Below the pieces are notes generated by a model. The model was not told where the DNA came from. It saw only the letters and a list, made by a program, of their open reading frames with translations, and did not search any database. A stretch of 28,451 nt of DNA from Actinomycetota bacterium (GTDB lineage Bacteria > Actinomycetota > Thermoleophilia > Gaiellales > Gaiellaceae), in the NCBI GenBank assembly GCA_005883245.1, contig VAXT01000091.1, positions 1-28,451 on the forward strand, in the 5' to 3' direction. How positions within the stretch are numbered: position 1 is the first letter of the stretch; each line of letters opens with the position of its first letter. Positions 24,594 to 28,451 of this stretch are shown piece after piece. Made by a program: the position numbers and the translations under genes.

Positions 24594-25913
24594 ATGCGCC
24601 TCCTGGACCGGACCCGAGCGGTGGTGGATCGGCTCGTCGCGTTCCTGGCGCTGGTTGGCGCGGACCCGCACGACGACGAGGACCTACGTGCTCGAAAGGC
24701 GCTGCTGGTCCTGATCTCGGTCTTGATCCTGCCGGTCGCTGCGCTCTGGGGCGCGCTGTATCTCGCGTTCGGATCCCCGGTCGGGGTGGTGCCGCTCGTC
24801 TACTTCGGCATCCTGCTCGGTGCGATCGCCGTGTTTTCGCGCACGCGCGACTTCCCGTGGCTGCTCCGGGTGGCCCAGATCGACATCCTGCTCGCGCCGA
24901 CGCTGTCGATGATCCCGCTCGGTGGGTTTCTCGACGCGGGCGGCGTCGGCCTGTGGGGGATTCTCGCCCCGCTCGGGGCGCTCGTGTTCAGCAACGTCAG
25001 GTCGGCGGCCCGCTGGTACGTCGCGTACGTCGTCGTGTTCCTCGGATCGGGAATCGTGGGCGAGATCATCGGCCCGGTCTGGGAGCCGCTACCCGTCTGG
25101 TTCACGAGCACGATGCTGGCGCTGAACATCGCGGTCGGCGGCACCATCGTGTTCACGCTGCTCGCGGTGTTCGCAGGCCAGCGCCGCGCTGCCCTCGCAG
25201 CGCTCCGGCTGGAGCAGGCGAAGGCCGAGAACCTCCTGCTCAACATCCTCCCGCGCTCGATCGCCGACCGGCTGAAGGCCCAGGCGCAACCGATCGCGGA
25301 TCAGTTCGGGTCGGCCTCGATCCTGTTCGCCGACGTCGTCGACTTCACACCCTGGTCGGAGCGTCTCCCGCCCGCCGAGGTGGTCGGCTACCTCGATCAC
25401 CTGTTCAGTCGCTTCGACGACCTCGCGGAACGCCACGGGCTCGAGAAGATCAAGACCATCGGCGATTGCTACATGGCCGCCGCGGGAGTCCCGACGCCGC
25501 GCCCCGACCACGCTCGCGCTCTCGCGCTCATGGCGCTCGACATGCTCGACGCGATGCGCTCGGACGACGAAGTCGGGCGCCTCGGCCTCGAGCTCCGGGT
25601 CGGCATCAACTCGGGCCCGGTGGTGGCGGGCGTGATCGGCCGAAAGCGCTTCCTCTACGACCTCTGGGGCGACGCCGTGAATACGGCCAGTCGCATGGAG
25701 TCCCACGGGACGCCGGGGCGAATCCAGATCACCGGGGCAACCTACGAGCTACTCGCGGACGAGTTCGAGTGCGTGCCTCGGGGGACGATCACCGTGAAGG
25801 GAAAGGGCGAGGTCGAGACGTGGTACCTCGTCGGTCGACGGGGCGATGGCGCGTCGGCCGCCGACGAGGCACGCGAGCACACGCTCGCCGAACGAGGGCT
25901 CGAGTCCTCGTGA
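24594..25913 (+). CDS. Membrane-anchored class III adenylate cyclase (Rv1625c-like architecture)
   Basis: About six TM segments; ILFADVVDFT, EKIKTIGDCYM, YDLWGDAVNTASRMES, KGKG; all canonical adenylyl cyclase residues (D, D, K, D, N, R) present. Confidence 0.92.
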   Translation: MRLLDRTRAVVDRLVAFLALVGADPHDDEDLRARKALLVLISVLILPVAALWGALYLAFGSPVGVVPLVYFGILLGAIAVFSRTRDFPWLLRVAQIDILLAPTLSMIPLGGFLDAGGVGLWGILAPLGALVFSNVRSAARWYVAYVVVFLGSGIVGEIIGPVWEPLPVWFTSTMLALNIAVGGTIVFTLLAVFAGQRRAALAALRLEQAKAENLLLNILPRSIADRLKAQAQPIADQFGSASILFADVVDFTPWSERLPPAEVVGYLDHLFSRFDDLAERHGLEKIKTIGDCYMAAAGVPTPRPDHARALALMALDMLDAMRSDDEVGRLGLELRVGINSGPVVAGVIGRKRFLYDLWGDAVNTASRMESHGTPGRIQITGATYELLADEFECVPRGTITVKGKGEVETWYLVGRRGDGASAADEAREHTLAERGLESS

Positions 25914-25923
25914 CAGAAACCCA

Positions 25924-25953
25924 GACAGCCGGCGGCGGTGGCCGCCGGCTGTC
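25924..25953. terminator. Perfect 13-bp hairpin between convergent cyclase and kinase genes (likely bidirectional terminator)
   Basis: GACAGCCGGCGGC-GGTG-GCCGCCGGCTGTC; a second small hairpin CTGAAG-GGC-CTTCAG overlaps the kinase stop. Confidence 0.7.
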
Positions 25954-25976
25954 CCTCCCGGAACCCTGAAGGGCCT

Positions 25977-27366
25977 TCAGCTCATGAGAATCTGGTCTCG
26001 GCGCCGGCGCGCGAACGTCGAAATCGGGCTCTGCTCGCCTCCATGTCCCTTGCGTGGGATCACGACCTCGAAGCGCGCCCCGTGCGGCACCGCAGGCTCG
26101 TATGCGCGCGAACCGGTCGAACAGGCGAGGAACGAAGTCACGCGGGACACCGTCGCCCCGATCCTCGACCACGAGACGGAGGTGCCGGTCCTCCCCGACC
26201 GCGCTGATCGTGACCGGCGGCTTGCCGTGCCGCAGCGAGTTCGCGACCAGGTTCGAGACCATACGATCCAGCGCTTCCGGATCCACCACCGCCTGCATGT
26301 CCGGCGGAACCGCGATCGTGACCGCCTCCAAGCGGATATCCACCAGCGAACGGACGAGCTCCTCGATCTTGGGCCGGAGGTGAACGGGCTCAGGCGAGAT
26401 ACGGATCGCCGCCAGGTCGAGGCGAGACAGGTCGAGCAGCTGTTCGGCCAGATTCCGCATCCGGGCGATCTGCTCTCGTAGCGCTTCTTGCAGCTCCAGG
26501 CGCTTCGGCCTCGCCAGCTCGTCGTCTCTCTTGTTCAACGTGACGGAGATGCCGTAGATGTTCGACAAAGGGGTCCGCAGCTCGTGTGTAGCGAGCGCGA
26601 TGTACTCGGTCTTCAGAACGTCGAGCTCCTGCAGCTCTTCGCGGGCGAGAGCGTCTTCGAGCAAGGTTGCGGCCACGACGCCGACCGTCGCGAGCGCCTC
26701 CTCGTCGGTCTCGGTCAGTGAGACCGGGGCGGCGCGCGCGCCGCAGAGAAAGGCGAGACAGCGGTCCTCGCTGATCAGCGGGAGGACAAACGCAGAGGTG
26801 AGATCTCCAGCGGTAAGGAAGACGAGGCTCTGCGTCTCCTGCGCAAGGGAGATGCTCGCGGTCCGTTGTTGGTCGACACGCTCGGCCGGAGCGTCGCCGG
26901 CGAACGCGATCTGTCCGACCTCGTCGGCTTCGTCGTCGTATTGCACTGCCGCCACGGAGTCGAACTCGAACGTCTCCGCCACGGCGGCGCAGACGCGCTC
27001 GAGAAGAACCGAGGAGGTGGGACGACTGCGGCCCGCGATCGAAACGCGTCGGAGAGCCTCGAGCGTCTTCCCACGGCCCGGCGCGAGGCTGATCATTGGC
27101 TCGCCGCGAGCGCGGCCGACGTTCATCAGCGTGTAGGAGCGATCTCCGATCGAGAGTGTGGCCGACTCGGCACCGTCCTCGCTCAGCCAGGTCTCGACGA
27201 CGTCGAGGACGCCCATGACCGCACGGGACTCCCATTCGGATTCGACGCAAACCTGGTTCCGTGATCGATCGAACGAGATCGACGACCTGTCGAAGATCCT
27301 CGCCAGCCGGTCCACGAGGGCGGGGACGCCCGTAGCGTCCTCGACCGCGACACGAATCTCGACCAT
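25977..27366 (-). pseudogene. GAF-containing sensor histidine kinase, frameshifted near 26103-26108 with loss of the G2 box
   Basis: H-box ATHELRTPL, N-box NLVANSLRHG, G1 VEDRGDGVP, F-box LFDRFAR. It then jumps frame to YEPAVPHGARFEVVIP...ILMS* (TGA 25979-25977); no GxGLGL motif. Confidence 0.8.
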
Positions 27367-27371
27367 CGGGC

Positions 27372-27450
27372 CCCTCCCAGGTTGGAAGCCTCATCGCCGA
27401 CCGGGCTGTTGAGGTCGGCTGGAACATGCTCCAACCTGCTCTGCTGAGGG
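27372..27450 (-). promoter_or_regulatory. Structured 5' leader of the kinase gene that can pair with its RBS
   Basis: Nested stems: 27378-27386/27430-27438 (9 bp), 27396-27402/27413-27419 (7 bp), and 27372-27376/27446-27450, which covers the GGAGG SD. Confidence 0.5.
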
Positions 27451-27703
27451 TGGACTGTTGGCGGCTCGCTTGTTCTGACCCGCCCGTACTCGACTGCGCC
27501 GAAGGTTATGGACGCGAGCGTTTGGGAACATACCAGGGAACCGTCAAACCGACAGATCGTGCTTGATTGGAGTTCGCTAAAATCCATCGTTCCTCGTCGC
27601 TCAGAGCGCCGGAGTGAAGCTGCTGGTCACGCTGACGATGGCTGAAAATTCGAGGATCGAACAGCCTCCCGATGGGCCTGCGAACGCCCGGATCGTGCCG
27701 AGC

Positions 27704-28318
27704 ATGACCGAGGGCGAGCCGATGCATCTTCGTGTGCTGATTGCGAACGAGAAGCGCGATCGGCTCGAACTGCTCGCGCAGGTCGTAATCGGCCTCGGCC
27801 ATGACGTGATCGCTCGCGAGATCTACGTCAAGGAGGTTGGAGCCGCCACCGAGAGGGAGCGGCCGGATGTGGCCCTCGTCGGTCTCGGCCTTAGCTCGGA
27901 GCACGCCCTCGACCTGATCACGGAGATCGTCCGTGAAGCCGCGTGTCCCGTGATCGCGTTGCTGCACGCGAAGGATCCTGTCTACGTCCGGGAAGCGGCG
28001 AAGCGCGGCGTTTTCGCCTACATCGTGGACGGCGACGCTGCCGAGCTGCAGAGCGCAATCGACATCACGCTGCAGCGCTTCGCCGAATACCAGAGCCTCC
28101 AGGGCGCCTTCGGCCGGCGGGCGCTGATCGAGCAGGCGAAAGGCATCTTGATGGCGCGGCACGCGATCGATGCCGACGGCGCCTTCGACATGCTCCGGGA
28201 CCACTCGCAGCACAACGGCCGGAAGCTGGTCGACGTCGCGCAGGCGATCGTCGACAGCCATTTGCTGTTGCTAGTGCCGGCACAGGCCACGCCGGGAAGT
28301 CCCGAGCCGGCACAATAA
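27704..28318 (+). CDS. ANTAR-domain antitermination regulator with atypical receiver (AmiR/NasT-like)
   Basis: LRVLIANE...PDVALVG...CPVIAL...GVFAYIV receiver-like fold; RRALIEQAKGILMARH.....AFDMLRDHSQHNGRKLVDVAQAI ANTAR motif. Start is 27704 or 27722. Confidence 0.9.
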   Translation: MTEGEPMHLRVLIANEKRDRLELLAQVVIGLGHDVIAREIYVKEVGAATERERPDVALVGLGLSSEHALDLITEIVREAACPVIALLHAKDPVYVREAAKRGVFAYIVDGDAAELQSAIDITLQRFAEYQSLQGAFGRRALIEQAKGILMARHAIDADGAFDMLRDHSQHNGRKLVDVAQAIVDSHLLLLVPAQATPGSPEPAQ

Positions 28319-28335
28319 GACGCTGGCGGCTTGAC

Positions 28336-28451
28336 CTAGCTGCTCTTTGCGACGGCGTAGAGTCGCCATTCGCCGGGAATGCCCTTGAGCTCGTGCGAGC
28401 CGCGGTCTTCGAAGGTCAGTCCCGAGCCGGCGACGAGGTCTCTGACAGTCG
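28336..28451 (-). CDS. C-terminus of a class III adenylate/guanylate cyclase-domain protein (partial)
   Basis: Manual translation TVRDLVAGSGLTFEDRGSHELKGIPGEWRLYAVAKSS*, the typical C-terminal tail of actinobacterial cyclase domains; not in the ORF track. Confidence 0.85.
   Translation of the reverse strand, partial: TVRDLVAGSGLTFEDRGSHELKGIPGEWRLYAVAKSS

Noticed and set aside
27370-27396. CGATGA hexamer upstream of the kinase as a fourth SigG site
   Set aside because: It is followed by GGC rather than RTT, has no GTC 18 nt later, and lies too close to the ATG.
27520-27583. Possible SigB/SigF-like (GTTT-N12-GGGAAC) and TAAAAT promoter elements in the kinase/ANTAR gap
   Set aside because: Short motifs with non-ideal spacing and no second example in the window; cannot be supported without TSS data.
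1-28451. Mobile elements, CRISPR arrays, tRNA/rRNA
   Set aside because: No transposase/integrase motifs, terminal repeats, regularly spaced repeats or RNA-gene signatures were seen by eye.

Overview
High-GC, actinobacterial-looking chromosomal window; Thermoleophilia/Gaiellales-like is my inference from gene style and leaderless promoters. It holds about 30 genes. I saw no mobile element, CRISPR array, tRNA or rRNA. Content: a partial thiolase, a Cys-rich HTH regulator with a truncated HemK-like methyltransferase, a heterodimeric ABC exporter, a DHA2 MFS pump, an ECF56/SigG-like sigma factor with a convergent mini-STAS gene, a GNAT, a 1-Cys peroxiredoxin, DUF2630, three class III nucleotidyl cyclases, an orphan FtsX-type permease, several hydrolases, two DUF899 paralogues, a GAF histidine kinase and an ANTAR protein. 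Main leads: (1) a compact operon of a [2Fe-2S]/FAD reductase, a single-domain globin and a stand-alone cNMP-binding protein, resembling a split flavohaemoglobin tied to cyclic-nucleotide signalling; (2) three copies of CGATGA(A/G)TT-N15-GTCnnA, matching a SigG-type promoter and outlining a mini-regulon (STAS, DHFR-like, DUF899 pair); (3) a structured leader that could hide the RBS of the kinase next to a pseudo-receiver ANTAR gene. Caution: four to five unrelated genes show short internal deletions, three of them frameshifting, which may be assembly artefacts. All family calls come from motif recognition, not database searches.
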